A stretch of 64,000 nucleotides of DNA from an uncultured bacterium (GCA_963695335.1 OY968764.1:1184001-1248000), one strand, 5' to 3'. Numbered from the stretch's first letter, positions 27,320 through 38,947 are shown. The notes: a model not told the origin generated them from the sequence alone. Program-made: numbers and translations.

Positions 27320-28408
27320 TTACTCTCGATCAACCAGGTTACCAGCAGGTCTTCCTTGTGGAGTTTTACTAGGAACGTATTCTGCATTAGCTTCCTGAGC
27401 TGATTCTTGTGATTTTTCCTGCGCAGCTTTAAGACTCTTCAAACTGTTAATCATCGTGTTAAGTCGAGCTCGTTCAGAAATAATTGTACGTAATAATGCT
27501 ACTACATTTTCATTAGTTATATTTGCTGCAACAAACGTTTTTAAATTTTCTTCGTTATTTTTAAGATAATTTTCAAGATAAATAATTTTGTCTTCAATCA
27601 ATGATTTATTCAGCCTTGCTACATCAAATTTAAAATATTTACGCATTTTACTATTCAACACATTAATCCGTTGTTGTGCATTAGAGTCAGATGTTTGTGA
27701 CAATGCTTGCGTCGCTGCTTTTATCGCCTTTTCCATTATATTTTGATCATTATGCTGAGCATCAAAAAATTCTATCCCCAAATTTAATGCATCTTGTTTA
27801 CTTGCTAGTGTTGGATATTTTTCTTTTGATGTTGGATATCTTTCAGCATCATTGAGTTTTGCCAATATCATATACTTATAATTTTCTACGTTAGCCGTTT
27901 CACCACTCCACCAGTCACCGAACCAACCTCTGAGACGATTACCTTCTTGTTTCTTCTTTTTTGCTACTTTTGCAGTTTTTCCAACAACTAACTGCTTTTT
28001 AAGAAGGATATTTTGCTCAATAATACTCAACATTGCCATTTGATCATCGGTAAGATCCATTTGCTTAATCTGATTAATACGATCTATTGAAGGTGATCCT
28101 AAAGTCAATTCTCTTACTATCGCACTCCATTCTTTTGAACTCACAGGTCCCGCCATTGGAGATGGCGCACCTGCTTGCACTTGTGCTATTTGTTCCTGAG
28201 CAGCTCTGTATTCTGCTTTCTGCTTATTAAGCATCTCTTGTCGCTGCTGAACAGTTAACCCTTGTTCTTGCACTCTTGAAGGTTGCACTTCCGCTCCTGC
28301 TGATGTCACTCGTGCGGGCTGAGCCTTTGCTCCACCTAACTGTTTTGCATCCATCACATTCATAACAAGCAATGCTGTCGAAAACATTATATTCTTAAAC
28401 ATCTTCAT
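27320..28408 (-). CDS. Secreted helical orphan
   Basis: GGGGGAG RBS; signal peptide ending DAKQLG. Confidence 0.7.
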   Translation of the reverse strand: MKMFKNIMFSTALLVMNVMDAKQLGGAKAQPARVTSAGAEVQPSRVQEQGLTVQQRQEMLNKQKAEYRAAQEQIAQVQAGAPSPMAGPVSSKEWSAIVRELTLGSPSIDRINQIKQMDLTDDQMAMLSIIEQNILLKKQLVVGKTAKVAKKKKQEGNRLRGWFGDWWSGETANVENYKYMILAKLNDAERYPTSKEKYPTLASKQDALNLGIEFFDAQHNDQNIMEKAIKAATQALSQTSDSNAQQRINVLNSKMRKYFKFDVARLNKSLIEDKIIYLENYLKNNEENLKTFVAANITNENVVALLRTIISERARLNTMINSLKSLKAAQEKSQESAQEANAEYVPSKTPQGRPAGNLVDRE

Positions 28409-28560
28409 TACTACTCCCCCTATTTTTTTATATTTTCCCTTTTTCAAACCAAAGCATACATCATTTTACTTCAGTTTGAATATAGCAAAACAGAAAAATA
28501 GAAAGCAAGAATTTAAAAGAAAAAATTAAAGTAATCTTCACTTAAAATTCACTTTCCCTA

Positions 28561-28763
28561 CGCTCGTCCTGAGCCTGTTAACCCCATCTTCAGTTCCTTC
28601 CGACGGGGACCCCGATTCAACCCCATTTCCATTATATTCCAATGGGGACCCCACGAGGAACGACTTGTCCTCCGAAGCCTTGGCGAAGGAGGAAGTGGAG
28701 ATTGGGGACAAAGAATATCTTCGAGCGCTCGAGGATACCCTTCAACACGTTCAGGGCGAGCGC
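28561..28763. repeat. Nested palindrome stack: family A containing family D units containing family E
   Basis: CGCTCGTCCTGAGCCTGT[..GGGGACCCC..GGGGACCCC..TCCTCCGAAGCCTTGGCGAAGGAGGA..GGGG]..CCCTTCAACACGTTCAGGGCGAGCGC. Confidence 0.8.
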
Positions 28764-28793
28764 AAAAAAATACTACTTAGACCTATATGTAAA

Positions 28794-29069
28794 CTATACA
28801 GCATCGTCAGGATCAAGAGATTCAACTGATATAACACCAGGAACTTTTTCTTTAAGTTGAGTTTCGATACCCATTTTGAGGGTAATAAAAGAGATAGGGC
28901 AACTAACACATGCCCCGTGTAATCGAACAAAGACTGTACCGTTTTCAAACCGTACAAAATGAATATCCCCACCATCTTGTAAGATAGCGGGGCGTAAATC
29001 TGCAAGCACACGTTGAATATGCTCAATTTTTTCAGACAATAAAGCTTCAGAAGTTAATTCTTCAGCCAT
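28794..29069 (-). CDS. NifU/NfuA-like Fe-S carrier
   Basis: LRPAILQDGGD, GACVSCP, TLKMGIE. Confidence 0.9.
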   Translation of the reverse strand: MAEELTSEALLSEKIEHIQRVLADLRPAILQDGGDIHFVRFENGTVFVRLHGACVSCPISFITLKMGIETQLKEKVPGVISVESLDPDDAV

Positions 29070-29073
29070 ATTA

Positions 29074-29435
29074 CTACTTCACCCATTCAAGACGAGCAAC
29101 AGTAGCTGTATCACTCATGCGTTTTCCCATAGGAATAACACGAGTGTATCCGCCTGGGCGAGAAACGTATTGCGGAGCAATTTCTTTAAATAATTTAATA
29201 ACTGCATCTGTGTCATATGGCAACAATGCATTGCACACGACGACGTGCATTAAAGTCATTACCCACACGTGCAATAGTTACCACATGTTCAACAAGACGT
29301 TGTGTTTCTTTAACGCGCGCTTTAGTAGAAACCAAGATGTCCGTACTTAATCAAATGAATTGCTTGATTACGTAACATCGCTCTTCTATGAGGCGCTTTA
29401 AGATTTAATTTTTTTCGACCATTTTGATGTATCAT
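29074..29435 (-). CDS. rplQ: 50S ribosomal protein L17 (two apparent +1 indels)
   Basis: MIHQNGRKKL..HRRAMLRN at the start and RPGGYTRVI at the end; frames join if single bases near 29333 and 29234 are removed. Confidence 0.85.
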
Positions 29436-30478
29436 TTGATCTGCACCTAAGATCTTCTTAACATTTTCTTCATTGATATTCATACCAAAAGAAAGTCCAA
29501 ATGCTTTCATGCTTTCTTTAACTTCATTCAATGATTTACGACCAAAATTTTTAATCTTCAATGCATCATCTTCAGATACATTAACTAAATCAATAACACG
29601 TTTAATCCCAGCATTGATTAAACAATTATGAGCACGAACAGAAAGTTCAAGTTCTTCAATTGGCTTAAGCAACAAATCAACAGGAACACCTTTAAGACTT
29701 GCATCGCTTGTTTTTAATGGTACTTTTTCTACCTTTTCTTCAGGAAGAGAAGATATTTCATTAAATGGTATTTCAGTGCTTTCAAGGAAATGTTCTAATT
29801 GCGTACGAAGAACTGAAACAGCATAATGCAATGCATCAATAGGATTTTCAGAACCATTTGTATAGATATGCAAAATAAGTTTATCATAATCGATCGCTTC
29901 ACCTACACGTGTTTTTTCAACATCAAACATAACTTTACGTATTGGAGAGAACATTGCATCCAAATAAATACGAGAATCATCTTGATATGCTTTATCTGCC
30001 GGCCACTGAGCTTGTTGATAACCACGCCCAGATTCAACAAAAAATTCAACATCAAGTTCACCATCAAATGCTACATGTGCAAAAACATAATCTTTATTGA
30101 TTAGTTCTAAATGATCATCTGCAACAATATCAGCTACAGACACATCTGCTTCACCTTTTTTGGTACACGCATTTTTCCGGGTTTACCTTCTTTATTACGG
30201 ATAACAATATTTTTGATATTAAGAACAAGCTGCATAGCATCTTCAACAACACCAGGTATTGCTGAAAATTCATTATTAACACCTTTAATAATTATTGATG
30301 TTATTGCAGACCCTTCAACACCACTCAGCAAAATTCGTCGTAACGAATTTCCAATCGTTATTCCAAAACCTGGTTCAAGCGGTTGAACTACTAATTCGCC
30401 GCAACTCTCACTTAACGTCTTTTTTTCCCATTTCAACTGTGGAATGATAAGTGGTTTATATTCCCTATTCTTAGTCAT
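29436..30478 (-). CDS. rpoA: RNA polymerase alpha subunit (frameshifted near 30160; stop apparently lost)
   Basis: [42 protein letters not shown]. Confidence 0.9.
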
Positions 30479-30514
30479 TCAACCTCCTGCTTGCCTGGAC
30501 TAATCAACTATCTA

Positions 30515-31068
30515 TTACTTCGAATACAACTCAACAATCAAATACTCTTCGATTGGCACTTGAATATCAGCACGAACTGGAAGACGAAGAACTCGACCAA
30601 CTCTATCCTTCTTGTCTAATTCCAACCAATCAGGAACTTTAATGCCAATCTTCATTCTTTTTTCAACAACGTCTCTTAAAAATGTTTCCATTTTTGCTAC
30701 ACGTTCAGAAAGAGAAACAACATCTTCTGTTGAAACTAACAAAGAAGGAGAATAAACTTTTTACCGTTCACCAAAACATGTCCATGAGTAATAATTTGAC
30801 GCGCTTGTGTACGTGTTGTAGCCATTTTTAATATGATACACAACGTTATCTAAACTACGCTCAAGCAAGACTCAGTAAATTTTCACCAGGTACCACCATC
30901 ACGTTGCTTACTTGCTACGGCAAAGAAACGTTTAAATTGACGTTCACGCAATCCGTACATTTCTTTAACTTTTTGTTTTTCTTGAAGTTGCTTTCCATAT
31001 TCAGAAAGCTTTCTTCTAGGAGCTTTTTGTTGCTGTTTTTCGTTCGATTCTTCTCTGACAACTGCCAT
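30515..31068 (-). CDS. rpsD: 30S ribosomal protein S4 (frameshifted)
   Basis: [12 protein letters not shown] at the start and LIVELYSK at the end; middle broken by indels. Confidence 0.85.
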
Positions 31069-31100
31069 GGTTAATTATCCCACTAAAAAATTATTAACTT

Positions 31101-31484
31101 TTATACACGTCGTTTTTTAGGAGCTCGGCAACCGTTATGTGGCAATGGTGTAACATCGCGCAACACAGAAACATTCATACCCGCAGATTGGAAAGCACGA
31201 ACAACCGAATCTCTTCCAGATCCTGGTCCTTGCATATTTACTTCCAAATTTTTAACTCCAACAAGCTGCATTTCTTTTGCCAAAGTAGATGCAATTTGTG
31301 ATGCCGCAAAAGGAGTACTCTTACGAGACCCTTTAAACCCTAAACGACCCGCGCTTGAACAAAATAGTACATCGCCTTCCATCGTTGTAATTGAAACAAT
31401 GGTATTGTTAAATGTTGATTTAACATGTGCAATGGCTGATTCCACTTTTTGTTTTTGTTTTTTTGGTTTTTTCTTGTAAGCCAT
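31101..31484 (-). CDS. rpsK: 30S ribosomal protein S11
   Basis: [24 protein letters not shown]. Confidence 0.95.
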   Translation of the reverse strand: MAYKKKPKKQKQKVESAIAHVKSTFNNTIVSITTMEGDVLFCSSAGRLGFKGSRKSTPFAASQIASTLAKEMQLVGVKNLEVNMQGPGSGRDSVVRAFQSAGMNVSVLRDVTPLPHNGCRAPKKRRV

Positions 31485-31509
31485 GTAATCAAAACCCTTA
31501 CTGCATTAT

Positions 31510-31894
31510 TTATTTCTTAGTTACTTTACGTTTCAAGGCTACTGGGTTTTTCTTTGGTCCCTTACGTGTGCGCGCATTTGTTTTTGTACGTTGACCTCGA
31601 ACAGGTAACCCACGCTTATGTCGTAATCCACTGATAAGAACCAATTTCTTGCAAACGCTTAATATTCAACGTAATTTCTTTACGTAACTCACCTTCAACT
31701 TTATAGTTGTCAGTAATTTCTTTTTGGATTGCTGCAATTTCAGCATCGCTCAAATCTTTTACTCGCGTATCAAAATTGATGTTAAGCTTAGTCAAAATAT
31801 CTTGCGATTTTGCAAGACCAATTCCAAAAATATACGGCAAACTATATTCTACTCGTTTATTTGCTGGTAAATTAACACCTTCAATTCTTGCCAT
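31510..31894 (-). CDS. rpsM: 30S ribosomal protein S13 (frameshift near 31632)
   Basis: MARIEGVN; continuation [24 protein letters not shown] in another frame. Confidence 0.9.
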
Positions 31895-31910
31895 AATCTA
31901 CGTTTCCTCA

Positions 31911-32027
31911 TTAACCTTGTCGTTGTTTATGCTTAGGGCTCTTGTTGCAAATTACGCGAACAACGCCTTTACGCTTAATAATACGACATTCGTTACAAAT
32001 AGCTTTTACTGATGTTCGTACTTTCAT
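31911..32027 (-). CDS. rpmJ: 50S ribosomal protein L36 (not in the ORF track)
   Basis: [38 protein letters not shown]. Confidence 0.95.
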   Translation of the reverse strand: MKVRTSVKAICNECRIIKRKGVVRVICNKSPKHKQRQG

Positions 32028-32040
32028 GAAATCTCCCGCC

Positions 32041-32265
32041 TTAATCCTTATATCGCAATACAATTCTTCCACGTGTTAGGTCATACGGAGACAACTCTAA
32101 CGCAACTCTATCTCCTGGTAAAATACGAATATAATGCATCCGCATTTTACCTGACACATGTCCTAAAACAACATGTCCGCCTTCAATTTCTACTCGAAAC
32201 ATTGCATTAGGCAACGTTTCTTTCACAATTCCATCGACTCGTATAACTTCTTCTTTTTGCTTCAT
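32041..32265 (-). CDS. infA: Translation initiation factor IF-1
   Basis: [23 protein letters not shown]. Confidence 0.95.
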   Translation of the reverse strand: MKQKEEVIRVDGIVKETLPNAMFRVEIEGGHVVLGHVSGKMRMHYIRILPGDRVALELSPYDLTRGRIVLRYKD

Positions 32266-33047
32266 GAAATACTCGCATTATTGTGCTGTTCAACATTCTT
32301 GTTTGTTGTTAGAACAACAGGTCCTGTACTTGTAATAACTATGGTATCTTCTACATGTGCCGCCAAACTACGATCAACTGTTTTAACCGTCCAGCCATCG
32401 TTAGCAACATATACATCATATTTACCAGCTGTAATCATCGGTTCAATTGCAAACGTCATACCTTCACGCAAAATGGGTCCTTTACCAGGCTTACCATAAT
32501 TTACTATTTCAGGTTCTTCATGCATATTTTTCCCAATGCCATGACCTGCAAAATCACGAACAACCCCAAATCCATGTTTTTCAACTTCTTGCTGTATTGC
32601 CGCTGAGATATCAGATAATCTATTACCTACACAAGCCTGCTCAATGCCTTTTTGCAATGCAATCTGAGCAACATCAACTAACTTTTGAGTAACTTCAGAT
32701 ACTTGACCAACAAAAAAGCTGCGGGCCATGTCTGCGCAATAGCCATCCAAGGAAGCACATACATCAATTTTTACTAAGTCGCCTAATTTCAAAAAACAAT
32801 CGGCTCGAGGGATTCCATGTACAACCACATCGTTCACAGAAATACAACTCACATGGCGATATCCCATGTATCCTTTCATTCTGGAAACTAACCCTTTTGC
32901 CTTAATTTGTGATTCAATCCATGCATCAATTTCAGCTGTAGCAACACCTGGCTTAACCAACTGCTCTACTGAAGCTAAAATCTCAGACAATAAAAAGCCG
33001 GCCTTAGCCATTTTTTGAATTGAATATGTATCTTTTATATGAATCAT
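32262..33047 (-). CDS. map: Methionine aminopeptidase
   Basis: VHGIP, GHGIG, HEEP, AIEPM, HVEDT. Confidence 0.95.
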   Translation of the reverse strand: MIHIKDTYSIQKMAKAGFLLSEILASVEQLVKPGVATAEIDAWIESQIKAKGLVSRMKGYMGYRHVSCISVNDVVVHGIPRADCFLKLGDLVKIDVCASLDGYCADMARSFFVGQVSEVTQKLVDVAQIALQKGIEQACVGNRLSDISAAIQQEVEKHGFGVVRDFAGHGIGKNMHEEPEIVNYGKPGKGPILREGMTFAIEPMITAGKYDVYVANDGWTVKTVDRSLAAHVEDTIVITSTGPVVLTTNKNVEQHNNASIS

Positions 33048-33056
33048 AGTACGTAT

Positions 33057-33743
33057 CTAATTTCCACCTACAGCAGTCACAAATGCTTCAAAAACTTCCC
33101 CTAATGGCTTTGATGCATCTAATGTAATTACTTCAGTACCATTATGACGATAAAAATCAATCAATTGATTCTCATGTCTGTAATAAATGTCCAACCTTTT
33201 TCTCACTGCATCTTCAGTATCATCATCTCTTCGGCCTAAATGTCCTGAGCACAAATCGCACACAGTTGTTACAATTGACGAAAGATCTGACTGAGGAGAA
33301 AGCGAATAAACAGCCTGACATTCTTTATTTTGACATATATAACGAGAACACAACCGATTAACTACCACATCGTCGGAGAGCTCAAATAAAACAACTTTTA
33401 CCTGCACATCCGGGAGTTGCGAATTAATCAGCGTATCAAATGCTTCTGCCTGAGTAACAGTCCGAGGATATCCATCAAAAATAACCCCCGATGCCTTCCC
33501 AGTATTCTCATTAAGCCACTCAAAAACCATGTGGTTTATAAGGTCATCATTAATTAATTTACCAGATTTAATAATTAAATCTATTTCTTTGCCTATTTTT
33601 GTTTGTTCAGCAATATGTTTTCTGCACAAATTTCCAGTAGAAATCTGTAACCAACCAAAATGCTTTACACAAAGACTTGCAAGAGATCCTTTTCCCGCAC
33701 CTGGAGGACCAATGAAAATAAATACCTTAGTTGCCTGATTCAA
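33057..33743 (-). CDS. adk: Adenylate kinase
   Basis: GPPGAGKG, DGYPRT, Zn-lid, RDDD. Confidence 0.95.
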   Translation of the reverse strand: MNQATKVFIFIGPPGAGKGSLASLCVKHFGWLQISTGNLCRKHIAEQTKIGKEIDLIIKSGKLINDDLINHMVFEWLNENTGKASGVIFDGYPRTVTQAEAFDTLINSQLPDVQVKVVLFELSDDVVVNRLCSRYICQNKECQAVYSLSPQSDLSSIVTTVCDLCSGHLGRRDDDTEDAVRKRLDIYYRHENQLIDFYRHNGTEVITLDASKPLGEVFEAFVTAVGGN

Positions 33744-35065
33744 CGCGCGCCCCTACCTCTTAATCTACCTGAAGTTAAAAATCCTTCATAACGATGTTCA
33801 ATTAAATATGATTCAATTTGCGCTGCCGTTTCATTTGCTACACCAACCACGATAAGTAGAGCTGTACCACTCAATATTCCTGATAAATAAAAAGGCATCG
33901 CCAAGAACCAATGAATGATATTAGGAATAAGTGCCAATCCGGCAAGATAAATAGCTCCCACCAATCCAATTCGAGTCAAAACATAACTAAAAAAATCAGC
34001 TGTTTGTTTTCCAGGACGAATCCCAGGGATAAAACCGCCACTTTTTTTAATATTATCAGCCAACTCTTCAGGATTGAATACTAATGCTGTATAAACGAAT
34101 GAAAAACCAACAATCAAAACAAAATCTAAAATGCTATAACAAAATCCACCTGGCGTTAAACTTTCTACAAACGGCTTAAAGAACGACCATTTTGCAGCAA
34201 GCATAGTTAACGTAAACATCGGGATATTTAACATAGCACTCGCAAGAATAACTGGCATTACCCCTGCAGGATTAATCTTAAATGGAATGTACGTACTTTG
34301 TCCGCCATATATTTTATTACCAATAACTCGTCGAGAATATTGAACTGGAATTTTTCGCTCTCCCTTTTCAAGAAATACAATAGCTGCTGCCATAGCAAGG
34401 ACTATGACAAATAATAAAATTCCAACCATTATATCCAAATATCCTTCTTGAATAGCTCCGAGTATTTTTATAATGTCCTCAGGGAATCGAGCAACGATAC
34501 CAGCAAAAATGATCATTGATGATCCATTGCCAATACCAAATAATGATATTTGCTCTCCAAGCCACATTACAAACATTGTTCCCACGGTAATGGAAATAAC
34601 AAACAGGATTCGTGAACCAATCCAAGGATCTATAACCAATCCATATCGTTCCAAAAGAAACACAAATCCTGTACTTTGGACCATAGCAACAAAAACTGTC
34701 AAATATCGTGTGTACTGATTAAGTATTCTGCGACCATAATCGCCTTCTTTACTTAACTGCTCAAGCGTTGGTATAGACATACCCAAAAATTGCATCATAA
34801 TCGATGCGGTAATATATGGACTAATACCAAGAGCAAATATAGTACATTGTCGCAAGTTCCCCCCAGAAAAAAGATCTAAGTAAGAAAAAAACCCACTTAG
34901 TCCCGAACTTTGACTCATCATTTGCAAAAGTTTATCAATATCAACACCAATTACCGGAATGTGATTACCTAACCGATAAATTACTAATACCCCTAACGTA
35001 AAAAGAATCTTTTTTCGTAATTCAGGGATATTAAACATGTTAAGAAAATTTCTGAGGAGCACCAC
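33740..35065 (-). CDS. secY: Preprotein translocase SecY
   Basis: LGISPYITASI, GIGNGSS, IPGIRPG. Confidence 0.95.
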   Translation of the reverse strand: MVLLRNFLNMFNIPELRKKILFTLGVLVIYRLGNHIPVIGVDIDKLLQMMSQSSGLSGFFSYLDLFSGGNLRQCTIFALGISPYITASIMMQFLGMSIPTLEQLSKEGDYGRRILNQYTRYLTVFVAMVQSTGFVFLLERYGLVIDPWIGSRILFVISITVGTMFVMWLGEQISLFGIGNGSSMIIFAGIVARFPEDIIKILGAIQEGYLDIMVGILLFVIVLAMAAAIVFLEKGERKIPVQYSRRVIGNKIYGGQSTYIPFKINPAGVMPVILASAMLNIPMFTLTMLAAKWSFFKPFVESLTPGGFCYSILDFVLIVGFSFVYTALVFNPEELADNIKKSGGFIPGIRPGKQTADFFSYVLTRIGLVGAIYLAGLALIPNIIHWFLAMPFYLSGILSGTALLIVVGVANETAAQIESYLIEHRYEGFLTSGRLRGRGAR

Positions 35066-35068
35066 TGC

Positions 35069-35539
35069 TTACAACTCCTTTGTTATAAGTGCCTTACCAC
35101 CAACTTTTTCTATTGCTTGTATTGCTGAAGCGCTGAATGCATAAGCAGAAACTGTTAATTTTTTGCTTAACTCACCATCGCCAAGTATTTTAACAATAGT
35201 ACCTTTTTTTATGTCAGATTGTTCACTTCTTTTAGGTTTTATAAGACCTTTTTGAACAAGAACATCAACATTTACTTCGTCACCATCAACAAATACTCTT
35301 TCCAAAGAACTAAGATTTACTAACGAAATTTCTTTGGAGAAAGGGGCATTACTAAACCCACGCTTTGGCAAACGACGTTGTAGAGGAGTCTGACCTCCTT
35401 CAAATCCGCGACCTTTTGGACCACCTGAACGAGCGTTTTGTCCTTTATGACCACGTCCAGAAGTTCCGCCACGCGCTCCACCTCGACCAACTCTTTTGCG
35501 ACTTTTTCCTGATGATTGCAAATTGTCTAAGCTAAACAT
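35069..35539 (-). CDS. rplO: 50S ribosomal protein L15
   Basis: [20 protein letters not shown]. Confidence 0.95.
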   Translation of the reverse strand: MFSLDNLQSSGKSRKRVGRGGARGGTSGRGHKGQNARSGGPKGRGFEGGQTPLQRRLPKRGFSNAPFSKEISLVNLSSLERVFVDGDEVNVDVLVQKGLIKPKRSEQSDIKKGTIVKILGDGELSKKLTVSAYAFSASAIQAIEKVGGKALITKEL

Positions 35540-36078
35540 TACGATCCTTTGATCAATTCTTTAACTGTTTTTCCACGTAACATAGCTATACGATCCGCTG
35601 AGCGAAGTTGCGCTAACGCATTCATCGTTGCTTTTGCTACGTTAATTCCATTACTGGAACCTACAGCTTTAGTTAAAACATCTTCAACGCCTGCTGCGCT
35701 CATTATAGCGCGAACAGCACCACCAGCAATATTACCGGTACCTTTAGATGCTGGACGAACTACAACTTTGCTTGCTCCATGCTTACCTAATGCTTCATAA
35801 GGAATAGTTGATCCGCGACGAGCGACTTCAATCATTCTTTTACGAGCTCTATTGGTTGCTTTAGCAATTGCCATAGAAACTTCACGACTTTTACCAAGAC
35901 CAAGTCCAACTTTGCCTTGTCTATCGCCAGAAACGACAAAAGCAGCAAATGAAAAACGTTTTCCACCTTTAGTAACCTTAGTAACCCTGCGAAGGCTTAC
36001 TACATGGTCAAGAAAAGCAGAATCTTTTTTATCTCTGCTGTCTTCTCTGTTAATTTCTTTTTCTCTATTCATTGTCAT
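35539..36078 (-). CDS. rpsE: 30S ribosomal protein S5
   Basis: [19 protein letters not shown]. Confidence 0.95.
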   Translation of the reverse strand: MTMNREKEINREDSRDKKDSAFLDHVVSLRRVTKVTKGGKRFSFAAFVVSGDRQGKVGLGLGKSREVSMAIAKATNRARKRMIEVARRGSTIPYEALGKHGASKVVVRPASKGTGNIAGGAVRAIMSAAGVEDVLTKAVGSSNGINVAKATMNALAQLRSADRIAMLRGKTVKELIKGS

Positions 36079-36101
36079 ACGTTAATTTCCTGCTATATCC
36101 A

Positions 36102-36458
36102 CTAAAACTTCAATGTACCTTCACGCAATCCATCAGCGAGGGCTTTTACTCTACCATGAAATTTAAAGCGACCTCTATCAAATACAACTGCATCAACACC
36201 TTTTGCTTTTGCACGCTTTGCAAGTTCAAGGCCAATTGCACGAGCAATTGCACTTTTATCACCTTCCACAGCATCCATTTCAAGCGAAGAACATGAAACA
36301 ATAGTATTTTGAGTCATATCATCAATAATTTGAGCATACATATGCTTTAAACTTCTAAAAACTGAGATGCGTGGCGGCATACCATAACGTTTCACTTTTG
36401 CACGAACACGCATTTCTCTACGAGCTGCAGTAATTCGATCTTTTTTATGCATAGCCAT
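36102..36458 (-). CDS. rplR: 50S ribosomal protein L18
   Basis: SVFRSLKHMYAQIIDD, VFDRG. Confidence 0.95.
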   Translation of the reverse strand: MAMHKKDRITAARREMRVRAKVKRYGMPPRISVFRSLKHMYAQIIDDMTQNTIVSCSSLEMDAVEGDKSAIARAIGLELAKRAKAKGVDAVVFDRGRFKFHGRVKALADGLREGTLKF

Positions 36459-36473
36459 CTAGATTCCTACAAT

Positions 36474-37037
36474 TTATTTTTTGCCTTTACCAGCAGATTT
36501 ACGAAAAATCACTTCTGTTTGCAGCTTAATACCTTTGCCTTTATAAGGCTCTGGTTCACGTAATTTTCTTATGTTACTACAAAACTGGCCTACAAGATCT
36601 TTGTCAAAAGATTTTACTTTTACCTTTTGGCCAGACTTATCTATTTCAACAGATACTCCAGTAGGAACATCTTTTTCAATTTTATGGCTGTATCCAAGAG
36701 TCAAAATAATTTTATTACCTGCAACTGCTGCCTTGTAACCTAAACCATTAATTTCAAGTAGTTTTTCAAATTCCTTGGATGCACCACTCAACTTATTAGC
36801 TAATAAAGCATGATGAAGACCCCATTCACGATAAGTTTTGCTTACCTGCTTAGGTCCCATATCAACTTTATTTTGAACAGGAGCTACAAACAATTCAGAA
36901 TTTGTTATATGTGCACTCAATTCCGAAGGTAAATGATAAACACCAGAAGCTTTTGTTCCTGTATAATGAACTTCTTGCCCTTTGATTTCTACCTTAACCC
37001 CATCAAGTTTTATCGGCTTTCTACCAACTTTTGACAT
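36474..37037 (-). CDS. rplF: 50S ribosomal protein L6
   Basis: SKVGRKPI, LGYSH, PEPYKGKGI. Confidence 0.95.
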   Translation of the reverse strand: MSKVGRKPIKLDGVKVEIKGQEVHYTGTKASGVYHLPSELSAHITNSELFVAPVQNKVDMGPKQVSKTYREWGLHHALLANKLSGASKEFEKLLEINGLGYKAAVAGNKIILTLGYSHKIEKDVPTGVSVEIDKSGQKVKVKSFDKDLVGQFCSNIRKLREPEPYKGKGIKLQTEVIFRKSAGKGKK

Positions 37038-37048
37038 GAGCTATTCCT

Positions 37049-37447
37049 TTACCAAACAGTACAGATGATTTCACCACCTACAGAAAGTTTTTTTGCTTTC
37101 TGATGAGCAATGACTCCATGACTTGTTGTTAATATTGATATACCAAGCTGCCCAATAACCGGTTTAATTTCTTGAATGCCCATATATACACGGCGTCCCG
37201 GTCTGCTCACTCGTTGAATCTGGTGAATTGCCGCTTCACCGTCAACATATTTCAAAACGACCTTGAGCGTTTTTTTTGCATCTGAGTCCGAATTAACAAT
37301 TACAAAATCACGAATGAAACCTTCGTCTTTCAAAATTTGCGCAATAGAATAGCGCATTTTTGAATGCGGAGCAGTAACAAATGATTTAGAAACCATTACA
37401 CCATTTCGGATGATTGTTAAAAAATCAGCAATTGAATCAACTGACAT
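37049..37447 (-). CDS. rpsH: 30S ribosomal protein S8
   Basis: DSIADFLTIIRN, SRPGRRVY. Confidence 0.95.
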   Translation of the reverse strand: MSVDSIADFLTIIRNGVMVSKSFVTAPHSKMRYSIAQILKDEGFIRDFVIVNSDSDAKKTLKVVLKYVDGEAAIHQIQRVSRPGRRVYMGIQEIKPVIGQLGISILTTSHGVIAHQKAKKLSVGGEIICTVW

Positions 37448-37457
37448 TAGTCACCCC

Positions 37458-37643
37458 TTACCAACTTGTTTTTTTAACGCCTGGGAGTAACCCTTCAAGC
37501 GCGTTTTTTCTAAAACACATACGACACATTCTAAACAACCTAAAATATGCACGGGCTCTGCCACAAAGCTCACAACGATTGTAAGCTCTTACTGCAAATT
37601 TTGGTGTTTTATTTGTTTTCTCAATTAATGCTTTTCTTGCCAT
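37458..37643 (-). CDS. rpsN: 30S ribosomal protein S14, zinc-binding type
   Basis: 61 aa; [14 protein letters not shown]. Confidence 0.95.
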   Translation of the reverse strand: MARKALIEKTNKTPKFAVRAYNRCELCGRARAYFRLFRMCRMCFRKNALEGLLPGVKKTSW

Positions 37644-37665
37644 CTTAATCCTGACGTAAATGCAC

Positions 37666-38217
37666 TTAATTTTTTAATTTTTTAAATGGTATGCTAAACG
37701 CTTGCAACAACGCTAATCCATGTGCATCTTTATCTGCTGATGTTTGGATAGTAATGTTCATACCATGCGTTTTTTTCCCAAGATCAAAATCAACTTCCGG
37801 AAACACTGTCCAGTCTTTGATTCCAACGTTGTAATTACCTCTTCCATCTAACTTAGTTGAAAGACCTTGGAAATCTCTTACTTTAGGCAACGCCAAAGTA
37901 ACAAAACGATCTAAGAATTCGTACATCATAGTACCGCGCAATGTTACCATTGCTCCAATGCCCATGCCCTCACGAAGCTTAAATCCTGCGATAGATTTAC
38001 GAGCTAAACGCTTCATTGCTCGTTGACCTGCAATTTTTGTCAATATATCAACTGATTCTTGAAGTGCTTTTGAATCAGAAACAGCTTCTTTAACCCCAAC
38101 ATTTAAAACAATTTTTAAAAGTTTAGGCACCATCATGACATTATCCAAGCCCAATTGCTGTTGCAACTGAGAACGGATTTCATCATTATATTTTATCGCC
38201 AATCGTGATTTGTTCAT
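37666..38217 (-). CDS. rplE: 50S ribosomal protein L5
   Basis: [19 protein letters not shown]. Confidence 0.95.
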   Translation of the reverse strand: MNKSRLAIKYNDEIRSQLQQQLGLDNVMMVPKLLKIVLNVGVKEAVSDSKALQESVDILTKIAGQRAMKRLARKSIAGFKLREGMGIGAMVTLRGTMMYEFLDRFVTLALPKVRDFQGLSTKLDGRGNYNVGIKDWTVFPEVDFDLGKKTHGMNITIQTSADKDAHGLALLQAFSIPFKKLKN

Positions 38218-38238
38218 AACGCAAGTTCCACTGCTTTT

Positions 38239-38553
38239 CTAAAAAATTTCCTTACACCGATTGCATTCTCGCACATTTTTTCCCGTGTCTAACTGTTTTG
38301 TATTAACACGTGACGGTTTTTTGCATGCAGAACACACTGGCATAACACAAGATACATCAATAAATCTTTCTTCTTTGCGAATGCCACCAGGCTCTCCTGC
38401 TCGACGAGGCTTCACATGATGTGTAGCAACAGAAATACCTTTAACCATAACTTTACCTTTTGTAGGCAAAATTGCAATTACGGAACCCTGTTTTCCTTTA
38501 TTTTTTCCCGACAAGACTTGCACCACGTCGTTTTTTTTAATACGCGCTATCAT
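38239..38553 (-). CDS. rplX: 50S ribosomal protein L24
   Basis: KOW motif SGKNKGKQG; operon position. Confidence 0.95.
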   Translation of the reverse strand: MIARIKKNDVVQVLSGKNKGKQGSVIAILPTKGKVMVKGISVATHHVKPRRAGEPGGIRKEERFIDVSCVMPVCSACKKPSRVNTKQLDTGKNVRECNRCKEIF

Positions 38554-38564
38554 GAATTATACCT

Positions 38565-38930
38565 TTACAAAACTTCTGGGGCTAAAGACGAAATTTTAGC
38601 ATATCCACGCGTACGCAATTCACGCGCAATTGGTCCAAAAATTCGTGTTCCAATAATTTCACCCTGCTTAATAATAACGGCAGCATTCTCACTAAAACGA
38701 ATGTAGCTACCATCTGCACGGCGAAACTCTTTTTTTGTTCGCACAATCACCGCTTCAACAACATCGCCTTTTTTGACCATACCACCTGGAATAGCTTTTT
38801 TTACAGCGCATTTAATTCTGTCGCCTAAATGAGCATAACGCTTTCTTGTGCTACCAATGATATGGATACACTGCAAAGCTTTTGCACCAGAGTTATCAGC
38901 TACCTCAAGATACGATTCCTTTTGAACCAT
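38565..38930 (-). CDS. rplN: 50S ribosomal protein L14
   Basis: VADNSGA, GTRIFGP, SLAPEVL. Confidence 0.95.
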   Translation of the reverse strand: MVQKESYLEVADNSGAKALQCIHIIGSTRKRYAHLGDRIKCAVKKAIPGGMVKKGDVVEAVIVRTKKEFRRADGSYIRFSENAAVIIKQGEIIGTRIFGPIARELRTRGYAKISSLAPEVL

Positions 38931-38947
38931 AGCAAATACCTCTTATA

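Noticed and set aside
29322..30143. Apparent RpoA-L17 fusion
   Set aside because: It lies in the indel-rich zone; one missing base at an ATGA stop/start overlap would explain it
29074..31894. Frameshifts in rplQ, rpoA, rpsD and rpsM as pseudogenes or programmed recoding
   Set aside because: These are essential genes with clustered single-base indels that restore canonical sequence when corrected; most likely local sequencing or assembly errors
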